DNA from: Heterodontus francisci
Taxonomy: Eukaryota
Direction of reading: 5' to 3'
DNA: 64,000 bases
Assembly (NCBI RefSeq): GCF_036365525.1
Contig: NC_090372.1
Span: forward strand, 33,289,437-33,353,436
Shown here: one piece after another, positions 12,430-26,329 of the stretch
Layout of the letters: every line of letters starts with the position of its first letter
Numbering within the stretch: position 1 is the first letter of the stretch
The notes under the pieces: model-generated
Databases searched by the model: none
What the model was told of the DNA's origin: nothing
The model's input: the letters and a program-made list of their open reading frames with translations, nothing else
Program-made: the position numbers and the translations under genes

Positions 12430-13185
12430 TAAATAAAAACAGTGCGGGTAATACTCAGCAGGTCTGGCAGCATCTCTGGAGAGAGAAGCAGAGTTAACAT
12501 CTCCGGTCTGTGACCTTTCATCAGAACTGGCAAAGGTGAGAAATGCAATAGGTTTTAAGCAAGTGAAACAGGGGTGGGGGGAGGAAAGAGAACAAAAGGG
12601 AAGTTGTGTGTTAAGGCAAAGGGCAGGAGAGATTAAATGACAAAGATGTCATGAGACAAAGGCAAAGGGAGTACTAATGGTTGTGGTGAAAGACAAAGCA
12701 TTAGTCCAGATAGTGTTAATGACAGAATATGAACAGCTCTGTCCAAAAGCACAAAAATGAAAAACCAAGTTTATGACAGGTAACATGGTTAAAAAATAAG
12801 AGGCCAGTTATGCTCTGAAATTATTGAACTCAATGTTGAGTCCAGAAGGCTGTAGAGTACCTAACCGGAAGATGAGGTGCTGTTCCTTGAGCTTGCGTCG
12901 ATATTCACCGGAACACTGCAGCAGACCAAGAACAGAAATGTGGGCATGGGAGCAGGGTGGTGAATTGAAATGGCAAGCAACCGAAGCTCGGAGTCTTGCT
13001 TACAGACCGAGCGGAGGAATTCCGAAAAGCAGTCACCCAATCTGCGTTCAGTCTCCCCACCGTAGAGGAGATCGCATTGTGAGCATTGGATACAGTATAC
13101 TAAATTGAAAGTACAAGTAAATTGCTCCTTCACCTGGAAGGAGTATTTGGAGCCTTGGATAGTGAAGAGATAGGAGTACCAGGGC
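12430..13185 (-). mobile_element. Penelope-like element 3' fragment (GIY-YIG endonuclease plus terminal repeat)
   Basis: ORF 12861-13196 reads FTCTFNLVYCIQCSQCDLLYGGETERRLGDCFSE (GIY-YIG-like); homologous to 51240-52620. Confidence 0.85.
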
Positions 13186-14907
13186 AAAGAGTACAATGGG
13201 TATTATTTACTCATGGATTCCCCATCCTCTTATTTCCTGAAGGTGCTGGCAGCCCTTCAATACAGCATCAAGCCACCATTCTTTAATCATGAACCTAGAT
13301 GTCATCAGTAGATTATTCAGCTATCAAAAATATCACAATTTGAGCCTAATCCTGTTCACATGCACAAACATTCCAGTGATGATCCAGAGTAGGAAAGCCA
13401 ACCAAATTTTCTCTCCCTTGCTCAAAAACACAGGGGCAAACTTTGGCATCTTGCAGTCCTTGCTGAAATTGACAAAAATCAAGAGATTATTCTGGCTTAC
13501 CCTATGGAGAGGCATATTTACCTACTGAGCTAAGGACTATGTTATGGGTCATGACTGAAGCTAGGAGATTCTGAACGGGCAGGTATCATTCTGACCTCAT
13601 TGTTGAAAGCCACCTGCAGCCCTCTAACCTTCAAAAAACTGTTCCTCCAGCTCTGGATTCTTGTGCAGTAACAGTCCCCCATCCCCTTCCCCCAGTTTCA
13701 TTAGGCTCTCCTTTGGTGGCTATGCCAACTTTCTAAGCTCAAAGCTCTGCAATGTCCCCCTACATCTACCTCTCCAGTCTTTTAGGTCTCCTACCCCACA
13801 CGCTCCTTCTTTGGCTTGATGTCCATTTTTGTCCGATTACATTTCCATAAAGTGTCTCAATGCACCACTTTACATTTATATAATTACCTTTTAATGTAAA
13901 TTGTTATTGAATGACTTTCTTACCCAAAATGTAGAGCATTATCTAAATGACAGACATGGTTATAGATCAGAAAAAGCTTTTAGTCTGCCAACTAGAATGC
14001 TAAAAACATTTATAAAGTCATGGCTTTGATCACATATCTAAATTTCATAGGTAAAATTGGCCATTACAAAAAAATAATCGCCCCTGGTGTATGCAGGTGG
14101 TAGGAGAATTGAGGGGATGAGAGGGGGAAAATGAGATTCATGTAGGATTAGTATAAGTGGGTGATGGTTGGTATGGACTTGGTGGGTTGAATGGCCTGTT
14201 TTGGTGCTGTATCTCTTTAAAAAAAAAAATTAAAACAGAGAAAGAAAACACCAAATTCCTTGCAACTGTTAAGAAACTAATCTCTTAAGGATATCAAATC
14301 CAATAATGTATGCTGCTATGCAAAATTACATGCTGAAAATTTGAAACAGGAAATGCTGGAAATTCACTTGCTGTATTTGCAACCTGCTTTCCACCTTGTG
14401 TAATATTTTTAATTGATGGTCCTTCAGTCATCACTTCACACTATTTGTGCATTCATTTTTCCTTTCAACATCCCTCCATCGCCTTATTACCAATTTTTGT
14501 AATGACAGTTTTCTACTAAGCAATTTGAAAGCCATTTATCACAATGGTCACATGTAACATCTGCATTTTCTTCCTTCTCCGTATAGACTTGGAAGTCATT
14601 TGTCCCAATTACCTTTTCAGCACAGCTGGGTTAAATTTCACTGTGCTGTATCAGTTCCTGGGCGAAGTACATTTTAGTTCAGATCATTGGAATTGGTTCA
14701 CCAAATTTGCTCCTCTGAACACAGGCATTTGCTCAACTGTATTTTCATAGCTGGGAACTTTACTGTCCTAAAAAGGTTTCTGTTTAACTAGAGAACTAAT
14801 GATCATATGGTAGGTAACAAATGACTTTTAGTTTGCCCATTAGGAAACCATTTAATAAAACATTTAATATACCAAAGTGAAAAGTGAAAAAAACTTTACA
14901 AAAGTAA

Positions 14908-14913
14908 TTTATT
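14908..14913 (-). terminator. Candidate GMNN polyadenylation signal (alternatives at 15029 and 15259)
   Basis: AATAAA on the minus strand in the AT-rich region downstream of the GMNN stop codon. Confidence 0.5.
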
Positions 14914-15288
14914 ACACAAAATGGTGTATACACTAAAATATAAACTAAAAACAAACTTAAATATACACTTTCCTGGAATGCATTTACATACCAAAAAAAG
15001 GACAGATTTAGTAATCTTGTCCATCAAGTTTATTGGACAACTATTACATTGGTGACCTTTTACATTTCCTTACATAAAAAGGAATATTTTACACATGCAA
15101 TTATCAATTTGTGCATGGAACAAAATTCCACAAGACCACTTGTACGAGAGATGACAAGAATGGCAGTTCATAACTGGCAGTCATTGTTGTAGCACTGAAG
15201 TTCTTTTGAAAACTATGCAGGGGAAATAAGTCTCCCTCCTGTTTGGCATCAGCAGCTTTTTATTAAGCAGTCTAGAATATAAATGTAC

Positions 15289-15423
15289 CTAATCTTCCTC
15301 ATTAGGCCCTATCTCAGGACTCTCAATGAAAGATTCATCTTCTGTAGCTTCTGTGGTCACCTTGGACTCAGCTTCCTGTTCCAACTCTGCATTGAACTCA
15401 TCAGAACTCTGTCCAGTGAGCTT
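15289..15423 (-). CDS. GMNN: Geminin coding exon 6 (last; acidic C-terminus)
   Basis: Polypyrimidine tract plus CAG acceptor; KLTGQSSDEFNAELEQEAE...EED*; phase 0 matches the preceding exon. Confidence 0.88.
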   Translation of the reverse strand, partial: KLTGQSSDEFNAELEQEAESKVTTEATEDESFIESPEIGPNEED

Positions 15424-15734
15424 CTGTTTGAAAGTATGTAGAAAAAAAAAGTTAGAGAAAAACAGAAGCAAAGAGAGAGAGAGAGTTTAATTAAAAAGGA
15501 ATACACAATTATATTTGCAGCCTCAATTAAATATAGTGGGCCACTGTAATTAGTTACAGAAACTGGCTGAAAAACATCCAGGACAGTCAACTCTGGCACA
15601 AGTACAATGACATTCCAGAGAAAACATTTTGTTCGCACACAACTCTGCTCAAACTCAATAGTTATGAAGTCCACTGTACATGAACAAATTGCAATTAGGT
15701 ACAAGATACCAAACTAAGGAACAAATATCAGTAT

Positions 15735-16030
15735 AGGTACAGTAGCAGAGTGGATGCATTACTGGACATGTAATCTACTGGCCTGAGTCATTAGTTCAGG
15801 AGTTCAAATCCCACCACAGCAACTGGAGAATTCAGTTAGTTCAATAAATTTGGAACACGCTAGTACAAATAATGACCATGAAACAACTAGATTGCTGTAA
15901 AACAGCATCTGGTTCACTGATGTCCTTAGGGAAGGAAATCTGCTGTCCTCATCTGGTCTGGCCTATGTCTCACTCCATATGTGGTTGACTCTTAACAGCC
16001 CTCAATTTGCCTAGCAAGCCACTCCGTGAT
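15735..16030 (+). mobile_element. tRNA-derived SINE-like head
   Basis: A box TAGCAGAGTGG (15743-15753), B box GTTCAAATCC (15802-15811), then a body containing CTGGTTCACTGATGTCCTTAGGGAAGGAAATCTGC. Confidence 0.65.
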
Positions 16031-16099
16031 AGCAAACCAGTGACAAAGTATAATAAAACCAGAACCATCAGCCAGCATCAGATTCTGACAATAAAGAGT

Positions 16100-19000
16100 C
16101 ACACAGCCCAGTCAACCCTGCAAAGTCCCCTTAATTATCTGGCCACTTGTACCAAAATTGAGGAGCTATCCAGACAAGTCACGCAACAGTCCGACGGTCA
16201 TACACACAGAATCATAGTTTTCAGCCAACGTCCCAGATTCCTTCATCACCATCCCCAGTTATGCCCTGTTCCATCAGCAGTACAAACACACCAGAGGTAG
16301 CAGCAGAGTCATATACAGAAGGGAGTCATCAATATTGGCTCTACACCCCATGAAGTCTCGTAGCATCAGGTCAAACATGGCCAAGGAAACCTCCTGCTGA
16401 TCATCACCCAACACCCTCCCTTAGCTGAAGCAGCACTAAGGGTAGCAAGGGCACAAAACACTCTGGATATAGGACATTGATGTCAGTCATCGAATGGATC
16501 AGCAACACTACTGACGGAGTTAGCCCCATCCTGAAGGGCATAGCTGCCAGACTGAAAAGACCAATAAGAAAAACCTGACATCTTCACAAATCTACCAGTT
16601 TTAAATGCTTCTGTCCATGAAAGTATTGTTAGGACTGACCACACAGTTCTTGTAAACAAAGTCCTACCTTCACACTGAGGATACCTGTCATATTGTATGG
16701 TACTACCACCATGCTAAATGGGATAGGTTCAGAACAGATCTAGCAGCCTCCAGACTAGGCACCGGGCCACCAGCAGTAGAAATGTATTCAACCACAATCT
16801 AACCTAAGGACAATATATTCCTCAGTTTACCATTACCATCAAGCTAGAGGACCAAGACTGGCTTAAAGAGTGCAGGAGTGTATGCCAGGAGCAGCACCAG
16901 GCATACATAAAAATGGAGGTGCAAACCTGGTGAAGCTACAACAAAAGTGACTACAGGCATGCTGAACACCAGAAGCAGTATGCTTTAGACAGTTATGCAA
17001 TTCTACAACCAATGGATCAGATCAAAGCTCTGCAGTCCTCCCACATCCAGTTGTGAATGTGATGGTACAATTAAACTAATTGGAGGGGGGGGGGGTGGAG
17101 GAGGAAGAGGAAGTGGTGGTGTTAGTGGCTCCATGAGCATCTCCATCCTTAATGATGAGAGTCCAGTTAGAGTACAAAAGACAATGCTGAAGCACTTGCA
17201 ACCATCTTCAGCCAGAAGTGCCAAATGGATGATTCCTCTCAGTCCAGGACACCCACCACAGAAGCCAGTCTTCAGCCAATTTAATTCACTCCCCGAGATA
17301 TCAAAAAATGGCTGAGCACACTGGATACTGCAAATGCTATGGGCCCAACAACATCCTGGCTTTTGTGCCTGTGCTCCAGAACTAGCCATGCCTCCAGCCA
17401 AGCTGTTCCAGTACAATTTCAACACTAGCTTTACCAGACAATGTGGAAAACTTCCCAAAAAAATCCAATTCCAACCACCACCCCATTAGCCTCTCAAAGT
17501 GATGGTGTTGTCAATATCAAATGGCACTTACTCAATAACCTGCTCACCAATGCTCAGTTCAGGTTCCATGAGGTCCATTCCACTCCAGGACCTCATTACA
17601 ATTTTGGTCCAAACATGGACAAAAGGAGCTGAATTGCAGAAGTGAGGTGAGTGACTGCCCTTGATCAAGGCAGACTTTAACGAGTGTGGCATCAAGGAGC
17701 CCTAGCAAAATTGGAGTCAATGGGAATCAAGGGGAAAACTCCCTTGGCTGTAGTCTTACCTAGCGCAAAAAGATGGTTGTGGCTGTGGAGTCAATCCTTG
17801 CTGTGGAAGTTCAAGGTAGTGCCCTAGCCCAATCAACTTCAGCTGCTTCAATGACCTTCCCTCCAGCACAAGGTCAGAAATAGGGATGTTCGCTGTTGAT
17901 TGCGCAGGGTTCAGTTCCATTCCCAACTCCTCAGATAAGGCAGCAGTATGTGACTGCTCACAGCAAGACCTGGACATCATCCAGGCTTAGGCTGGAAGGT
18001 GGCAAATGACATTTGTGCCACACAAATGGCAGGCAATGTCATCTTCAACAAGTGTCTAACCACCTCCCCATAACAGCATTATCACTGAATCCCCACCATC
18101 ATCCTGGGGGCTCACAATGATCAGAAGCTTAACTGGACAAATCACAAATATTGTGGCTACTAGAGGTGGTCAGAGGCAGGGCATTCTGCAAGATCTACAG
18201 CAGGGTAGAGTTACGCTACAGCTAAACAAAGCCCTAGTTATACCACACTTGCAGTAGAGTAGCAGCTCTGGCCCCCACACTTTAGAAGGGTATATTGGCC
18301 TTGGAGGAAATTTGGCACAGATTTACCAGAATGATACCTGGACGCCAAGGATTTAATTACAAGGGGGTTTCACAAGCTCAGTTATGCATCCCAGAAAATT
18401 AAGGGGTGACTCACTTGATGTTTAAAGGTATTAAAGGGAACAAATAGGGTAGTTAGAGAGAAACTGTTTCCAATGGTTGGAGAGTCCAGAACTAGGGTGC
18501 ACAACCTAAAAATCAGGACCCACAACCCCCCCCAAAAAAGTGGTAGAAGTTTGGAATTCTTCCACAAACAGAAATTGCTGCTAGATAGATGGTTAACTTT
18601 AAACAAGATTGACAGATTGTTAACCAAAGGTATAAGAGATATAGGGCAGATGGTATTTGGAATTAGGTCACAAGTCAGCCATGATCTCATTGAATGGCAG
18701 AACAGGCTCAAGGGGCTAAATGATCTCCCCCCCATTCCTATGCACAAGGCACATATCAGGACTATGATGGAATACTCTCCACTTGCCTGGACGAGGGCAG
18801 TTTCAACAGAAGCTTGACACCATTCAGGACAAAGCTTGCTTGATTGGCAGCTCATCTTGCACCACTAGTTATATATAATGTGTACCATCAACAAATACAT
18901 GGCAACATCCCCAAATTGGATCTCTACCACCCAGGACAACAGCAGCAGGTACATGAAAACCCCTCAAAGTCACACACCATCCTGACTTTGATGTACATCT

Positions 19001-19160
19001 CTGTTCCTTCACGGTCTGACTAAAGATCCTGGAACTCCCTCCCCAATAGCACTGTTAGGTATACCTACACAAGGATTGCAACTCATCATTACCAACTTCT
19101 CCAGGGCAATTAGAGATGGGCAATAAATGCTGGCCTTGCCAGTGACACAATTGAGTGAAT
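16100..19160 (+). mobile_element. Degenerate non-LTR retrotransposon ORF2 (EN+RT) in GMNN intron, with a CR1 3' fragment at ~18200-18740
   Basis: Frameshifted remnants RVWHQG, LAQSTSA/FND and MFAVD; 3' tail GGGCAATTAGAGATGGGCAATAAATGCTGGCC, also seen at ~31415 and ~56990. Confidence 0.65.
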
Positions 19161-19880
19161 GAATTTTCAAAAAAAGTACAGAATGGTGCAGTCAGAGACA
19201 TTGGCCTTTCACCCCTTGAGGCCTCAGTTCCAATCTAGTTTAGATTGGATCAAAGGAATGAAAATCTCCCATCTGCTGGCTTTTCTGGTCATGGAAAGCC
19301 ATTTTGATCACTCTGGATAGTCTTGATCCAGCTGTAAGCGGAACTCATTTGTTAACCTCATTTCCTACATTACAACAGTGACGACAATGAGTGATGCAAA
19401 TGCAAGTGTTTCATTTATTCATTCAGAAGGCCAGAATGACTGGTGGGGGAAGTGGAAAAACATCACCTCATGCAGAACAGAGCACTTTATTTTGCACCAT
19501 GCTATATCTGACAGTGCTTGTTCCTGACATCAGCTGCTTGAAATGAAAGTATCCATTCCCAACAAATGTCTGCCTATAGAATATGAAATTGACCCAACTA
19601 AAGTTATGAAAAGAATGCAACGTGACAGTGGACAAGGAATATATTGTAATACATGGTAAAATATTATTTGAAATAGATGAGACACAAAACCATTTAGTAG
19701 CTACAAGTTAGTGAATTCCAACCACGACCATGCTTACACTAACTTCAGGTAGGAAGTGGCAAGGATTAGAAATCCAGTTACAAATTCTGCGTCACAACAT
19801 GAATTGAGGGATCCTCTTGGTCATGAGATTGAAAAACAGCAACTAGATCACCACCTTCTCCACACAGGAAGTCTTCTCAC

Positions 19881-19991
19881 CTCAATCAGATCAGCCATGT
19901 ACTGTACATACTCTGCTAACTCTGCTAGCTCTTGGTTCTCCTTCTGTAACTTCAAAATGTCTTCATCTTTATGTTCAATTTCTTTGTGTAG
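19881..19991 (-). CDS. GMNN: Geminin coding exon 5 (coiled coil)
   Basis: [37 protein letters not shown]; CAG acceptor, GTGAGA donor. Confidence 0.96.
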
Positions 19992-20090
19992 CTGGAGGGG
20001 AAATGTTTAAAAGATCACATTTCAAACATTTCCAAATGTTGTTCATTTGAAATGACTGACCACACGAAGAATAATCTCAAAAGTACATAC

Positions 20091-20173
20091 TCTTTCATTT
20101 TCTTGTAGAACCTTGAACAAGGCTTTTCTTCGCTCTTCTGCCAATTCCTTCCAGTACATGGAACTTGGGTTAG
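20091..20173 (-). CDS. GMNN: Geminin coding exon 4 (Cdt1-binding region)
   Basis: (T)[27 protein letters not shown], the geminin signature; TAG acceptor, GTATGT donor. Confidence 0.96.
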
Positions 20174-20286
20174 CTATAAAGATTGCCAGAATTCAGGTTA
20201 AACTAGAATTTAATTCATTAGGCAACTTTAAAGTTTCTCAATGGGTTTTAATTTTCAAAAACGGTTAAAACCAGAACAGTACGTAC

Positions 20287-20446
20287 TTTTAACTAGAAGT
20301 TGGTAAGCTTCTTTTGTCATGTCTTGACTTTCCAAATTCTCATTATTGCATTTTGTGCTGTCTTGAGCAATCTGTGTGCGCGATTTCTTGCAGCTCTTTG
20401 GTTGATCATCATTCCAGTGTTTTCTTTTGGGAGACTGCTTTGGTGA
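20287..20446 (-). CDS. GMNN: Geminin coding exon 3
   Basis: SPKQSPKRKHWNDD...MTKEAYQLLVK; CAG acceptor, GTACGT donor; 160 nt, phase 1 fits the 83-nt next exon. Confidence 0.92.
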
Positions 20447-20734
20447 CTGCAAGAGGAATGCAAATCTTCATGTATCTGGCATTTTTGCCATACAGTACAG
20501 TAACAAAGACAATCAAAACATACATGAGTCATTCTCAAATGCACTGAAACTACAATAAAGCACACACAATTTGCACCACTGAAGAAAAAGACTGTGGGGT
20601 GGGGGTCAAAAAGATCATAATGTTGAAACGTTTTCACCCTTTGCCATGTGCAAATTTTCTCTTCAGCATGTAAATGACAAATATATCAACTGTATTTCTA
20701 AAGCAGCGTAAAATGCTCTGGTAAAAAGCAAAAC

Positions 20735-21672
20735 ACGAATACACAAACAAGGAGCAGGTGTAGGCCACTTGGCCCTTCGAGTCTGCCACACCATTCAAGA
20801 TCATGGCTATCTAATTGTAACCTCAACTCCACATTCCTGCCTAACCAGATAACTTTTCAACCCCTTGCTCAAGAATCTATCCACCACTGCCATAAAAATA
20901 TTCAAAGACTCTACTACCATTGCCTTTTGAGGAAGAGTTCCAGAGACTCAACCCTAAGGGAGATATAAAAAAAAAATCGCTCATCTGTCTTAAATGCACA
21001 ACCCCTATTTTTTCTTTTATATAAAAAAAAGTGATCCCTAATCCTAGAATCTCCTACAAGAGGAAACATCCTTTCCACATCCACCCTATCAAGACTCCTC
21101 AGGATCTTACGTTTCAATCAAGTCACCTTTTACTCTTAGCTCCAGTGGATACAAGCCTGGCCAACCTTTGCTCACAAGACAACCTGCCCATTCCAGTTAT
21201 TAGTCTAGTAAACCTTCTCTGAACTGCTTCCAACGCATTTATATCTTTCATTAAATAAGGAGACCAATACTGTACACAGTACTCCAGATGTGGTCTCACC
21301 ATTGCCCTGTATAACTGAAGCACAACCTCCCTACTTTTGTAGTCAATTCCCTCACAATAAATGACATTCTATTGGCTTTCCCAATTACTTGCTGAACCTA
21401 CATACTAACTTTTTGCAGATTCATGCACCAGGACACCCAGATCTCTGCAATCTTTCACCATTTAGATATGCTTTTTAAAAAAAAAAATTCTTCCTGCCAA
21501 AATGGATAATTTCACATTTTCCCAAATTATACTCTATTTGCTAGATCTGTGCCCACTCATTTAACCTATCTATATCCTTCTGTAGCCCCCTTATGTCCTC
21601 TTCACAAGTTACTTTCCTACCTATCTGTCATCAGCAAGTTTAGCAACCATATTTTAGGTCCCTCCAAAGTCA

Positions 21673-21708
<36 letters not shown>

Positions 21709-21825
21709 AAAAGTTGAGACCTCAGCCCTGATCAGCACACTACACATCTTGCCAACCAGAAAATATGACCCATTTATGCCTACTGTTTCCTGTTAGCTGG
21801 CCAATGCAGCCCTGTAATTCTCGAT
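20735..21825 (-). mobile_element. CR1 LINE 3' fragment
   Basis: MLQLYRAMVRPHLEYCVQYWSPY...LEAVQRRFTRLI on the minus strand; internal (TA)n at ~21679-21705. Confidence 0.85.
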
Positions 21826-22327
21826 TAACATTCCAACATGCAATAGAGCCTCAGCAATTAACATTAATCACATGCTTAAACAACTGAGACTTAAAAACAG
21901 CTCCCTCTCCAACAATCCCTGCTGAAAGTGCACCTGTGGGTACATGAGGACAGAGGTGGTCTGGGACACCCTTCATGTTGCTCCACTATTTCAACATCTA
22001 CCATGAATCAGTGCCTTCAAGGAAAGGAGTGGAGAAAATTGGTAAAGAATTTAATAAAAGTGTTAAACAGGTTACAGCAGTGACATTTTATCTTCATAGA
22101 CTATACAAATCAAATTATCGGGTTTTAAAAGCTTACTGTACACCATCCCTTACGATCTGGGCAACCCCAATTTAAAACAATAGCTGTTATAAATGTTTTA
22201 TTCCATCAGTAAAAGTTCCACTTCAGTTCAAATTTTACACTTTTGAAAGCAAATTACATCAACTAACCCAACACAGCAGTTAACCAGCCAAACCTGAACC
22301 ATCAAGTGGGAGAAATTTACATATTAC

Positions 22328-22432
22328 CTCATTTAGCCTGCCAACAAGTTGATTTGAAGTAGCAAGTGGTTGAATCACTTGTAAAGTCCGTCTCAGTGTA
22401 GTATTACTCGTAGTTCCGCTAGTAAAGAAACT
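22328..22432 (-). CDS. GMNN: Geminin coding exon 2 (destruction box)
   Basis: SFFTSGTTSNTTLRRTLQVIQPLATSNQLVGRLNE contains the D-box RRTLQVIQP; TAG acceptor, GTAATA donor. Confidence 0.92.
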
Positions 22433-22999
22433 CTAATGGAGATAGGAAAGGGAGGAAAAGGAAGTTAACATTTAAGCTTAAACAGAGTCATGTAATCAAA
22501 AGATTATTTACAAACAACTTTTGCAGCTCAGACAAATATAACCTGCTTATTTATAAAATTTCTCCCATCTCTTGCCTTGGCATACGAGCAATTAGACAAG
22601 TACAATTCTGTTGCTGCGCCTGACATCCACAATTGCCCACTTTCCAAGAACATATAAACTTGCATCTATATAGAACTGTTCACCACTCAGGAAATGCTGC
22701 AGAGCCAATTTCTGTAAACAAACGGGGCAGTCAATTTGCACACCAGATCCCATAAATAGATGGTAAAAACCAGCTGTAGTAATAATGCTGGTCTACTTTG
22801 ATATATCATTACATCAATATGTACAGCAGATATGTAGGCAAAGTTTGTAGTAGTGCAAAAACAATAGGGCAGTAATAGTAGGGGATTTTAACTACCCCAC
22901 CATTAACTGGGACAGTTTTAGTGTGAAAGGAATTGAGAAAGCAGAATTTTTGAGGTGCATCCAAGTTAACTTTTTTTGGCCAGTATGCATCAAATCCAA

Positions 23000-25270
23000 C
23001 AGAGGGCACAGTTTTAGACTTAGTTTTAGAAAATGACAGGCAGATGGAAGGAATGGCAGTGGGAGAGATTTTGGTGGTTGAGATCATAATTCAGTAAGCT
23101 TTAACAATTATAGAAAAAGGACAAGGATAGAACAGGAGTTAGAGTTCTCAATTGGGGAAAGGCTAATTTTACTAAATGAGTGATTTTGCGAAATGGACTG
23201 GAAACAGCTACTTGAAGGTTAATCAGTATCAGAGCAGTGTGAGGCAAAGGGGTTCAGAGTATACATGTTCCCACAAAGAAAAAAAAAAGGGTGAAACGGC
23301 CAAATCTAGAGCCCCATGGACCTCAAAGATAAGGCAGAAAAGGAAAGTTTATGTCCGACACAGAGCTCAATGCTACAGAAAGCAGAGGGGAGTATTTAAG
23401 CAGAAGGGTAAAATCAAAAAGGAAATTAGGAACGCTAAGAGACAGCATGAAAGAATATTGGCAAGCAAAATCAAGGTGAACCCAATGATGTTTTATCAAT
23501 ACATTAAGAGTAAGAGGATAACTAAGGAAAGAGTAGAGCCCATAAAAGACCAAAAAGGTGTAGGGGCAGATGAGGTTGGTATTGTTCTCAATGAATACTT
23601 TGTGCCTGTCTTCACAAGAGGGGGACGATGCAGATATTGCAGTTAAGGAAGAGAGGTACGACGTATCGGATGTGATAAACATAGAAAGAGAGAAGCATTA
23701 ATGGGATTAGCATCCTTGAAAGTTGATAAAATCACTAGGGCTGGATGAAATGTACACCAGGCTGTTAAAAGCAGCTAGAGAGTAAAAAATAGCAGAAGGT
23801 CTGACCATCATTTTCCAGTCCTCACTGAATACAGGTGCGGTGTCGGAGGATTGGAAGACTACTAAAGTTGTACCTCTGTTTAAAAAGGGAGCAAGGGATA
23901 GACCAAATAATTACAGTCCAGTCAGTCTAACCTCAGTATTGGGCAAATTATTGGAATCAATTCTGAGACACAGGATAAACTGTCACATAGAAAGGACAGA
24001 TTAAATCAAGGACAGTCAGCAGGGATTTAAGGGAAGATCTTGTCTGACAAACTTGATCGAATTTTTTGAAGTATAACAAGGAAGATAGAGGAGTGTAGTG
24101 CAGTTGATGTGGTCTAGGTGGATTTTAGCAAGGCTTTTGACAAGGTCCTACATGGCAGACTGGCTAAAAAAAAAAAGCCCATGGGGGTCCAGGGAAATGC
24201 AACATGGTGGATACAAAATTGGCTCAGTGGCAGGAAACAAAGGGTAATTGCTGATGGGTGTTTCAGTGACTGGAGGGCTGCTTTTAGCAGCATTTCGCAG
24301 GGCTCAGTACTGGGTCCCCTGCTTTTTGTGGTATATATTAACAATTTGGATGTAAATGTAGGGGGCATGATCAAGAAGTCTGCAGACGACAAAGATTAGC
24401 CATGTGGTAGATAGCGAGGATAGCTGTAGGCTGCAGAAAATGTTGATGGTCTGATCAGAAAAAAGTGGCAAATGGAATTCAGCCCAGATAAATGTGAGGT
24501 GATGCATTTGGGGAGGTCAAACAAGGCAATGGAATACACGATTAATGGGAAAATACTAAGTGTAGAGGAAGTGAGGGACCTTAGTGAATGTCCACAGATC
24601 CCTGAAGGTAGCAAGACAGATCGATAAAGTGGTTAAAAAGGCATGTGGAATGCTCTCATTTATTAGTCAAGGTATAGAATACAAGAGCTTATGCTGGAAC
24701 TGTATAAATCATTGGTTAGGCCACAACTTGAATACTGTTTGCAGTTCTGGTCACCTCATTACAGAAAGGATGTAATTGCACTAGAGAGGGTACACAGAGG
24801 AGATTTACAAGGATGTTGCCGGGACTAGAAAATTGCAGTTACGAGGAAAGATTGGATAGGCTGGGGTTGTTCTCCTTGGAACAGAGAAGGCCAAGGGGAG
24901 ATCTGACTGAAACGTACAAAATTTTGAGGGACCTGGATAGAATGGAGGTGAAGGGCCCATTTACCTCAGAGGTCAGCGACTAAGGGGCATTGATTTAAAG
25001 TGATTGGTAGAAAGATTACAGGGGTGATGAGGGAAAGATTTTTCATCCAGAGGTTGCTGGGGGTGGGGGGCGGTTCTGGAACTCACTGCCTGAAAGGGTA
25101 GTTGAGACAGAAACCCTCAACTCATTCAAATAGGAGTCAGATATGCTCAAGTGCTGTAATCTACAGGGCTACAGACCAAATGTTGGAAGGTGGGATTAGA
25201 CTGGGTGCCTCATTCTTTGGCTGGCACAGACACAGTGGGCCAAGTGGCCTCTTTTTGTGCCATAAGCTAT
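23000..25270 (+). mobile_element. Degenerate CR1 LINE ORF2 in GMNN intron
   Basis: DFSKAFDKVLHGRL, WIQNWLSGRKQRV, QGSVLGPLLF; multiple frameshifts. Confidence 0.88.
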
Positions 25271-26329
25271 GATTCTAGGTGTACAGCGCAACAGGCCAAT
25301 GAGCCCAAATGGTTTATGCTGGATTTATGTTCCACATCAGCCTCCTCCTATCCTACTTCATCCAGCATATTCTTTTTTTCCTCTCTCCTTGTGTTTACCC
25401 AGACTCCCTTTAAATGCATCTATTCTATTTACCTCAACTACTCCTTGCAATAGCACATTCTATATGTTGAGTTTCTTCAGAATTCCCCATTAGATTTATT
25501 AGTGACAATCATATTTATGACCACCACTCTCAAAAAGTTAAATATTAAAAACATTCTAGATCGGTGACATAGAATAGCAGTATCAATCTACAGCACTGAA
25601 ACTACCTTGGCCCAATTGTCCAAGCCATAGAGTCCTAGTTAAGCTATAGCCTGTAGGAAAGGAAGAGAATGAAAGCAACCAAGCCAGGCAGTCAGGAAAT
25701 GTTCAGGAGCAGGGTACTGAGCTATCTCTCACAAAAGATCTACAATATATTTTTAGCATTCATCCATGACATGCCAATAGGCTCTGGGTACAGCACTTGT
25801 TAGGTACCATTACAGTGCTACCCAAGTACCCCAATCAATTCAACATAATGGGCTATGATGCAAAAAAGCTTGCAAAGACTAATCTTTTTATTGAAATATC
25901 AAAAGGTACCCAAAGCACATTCAAAATATTCTAAAAGCAATTATAGCTCTAATTTAGATGAATTGCACTACTTACATCACAGATTAGATTCATAAACACA
26001 CAGCAAAGTGAAAACAGCAGTGATTCAGGGGGATTTAAACCTAAAAACACACTTCAAAACAGTCTGCCTTACATAATTTTATATTACATTTACAGCACAT
26101 TGACCTGCTGGGCCAAATGCTCTGTTAATGTTCTGCTTCTGCTCCACAAACCTCCTCCAACCTACTTCATCTTACTTTATTATTGCTATTACTTTATCCC
26201 TCATGTGCTCATCTACCTTCCCATAAAGAAACTCAAGATTAATAAAGCCAACCTTCAACTTTTGGAAAACATGTCCTTTGATTTATAATAAATATTTAAA
26301 CTCTCAAAACAAGTCCGCTTGTTCAAATA

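Noticed and set aside
14544-14750. ORF as a possible ARMH2/C6orf229 exon (syntenic neighbour of GMNN)
   Set aside because: Only fleeting similarity from memory (TCN, NFxVLY) with wrong spacing and no convincing splice sites; tBLASTn would be needed.
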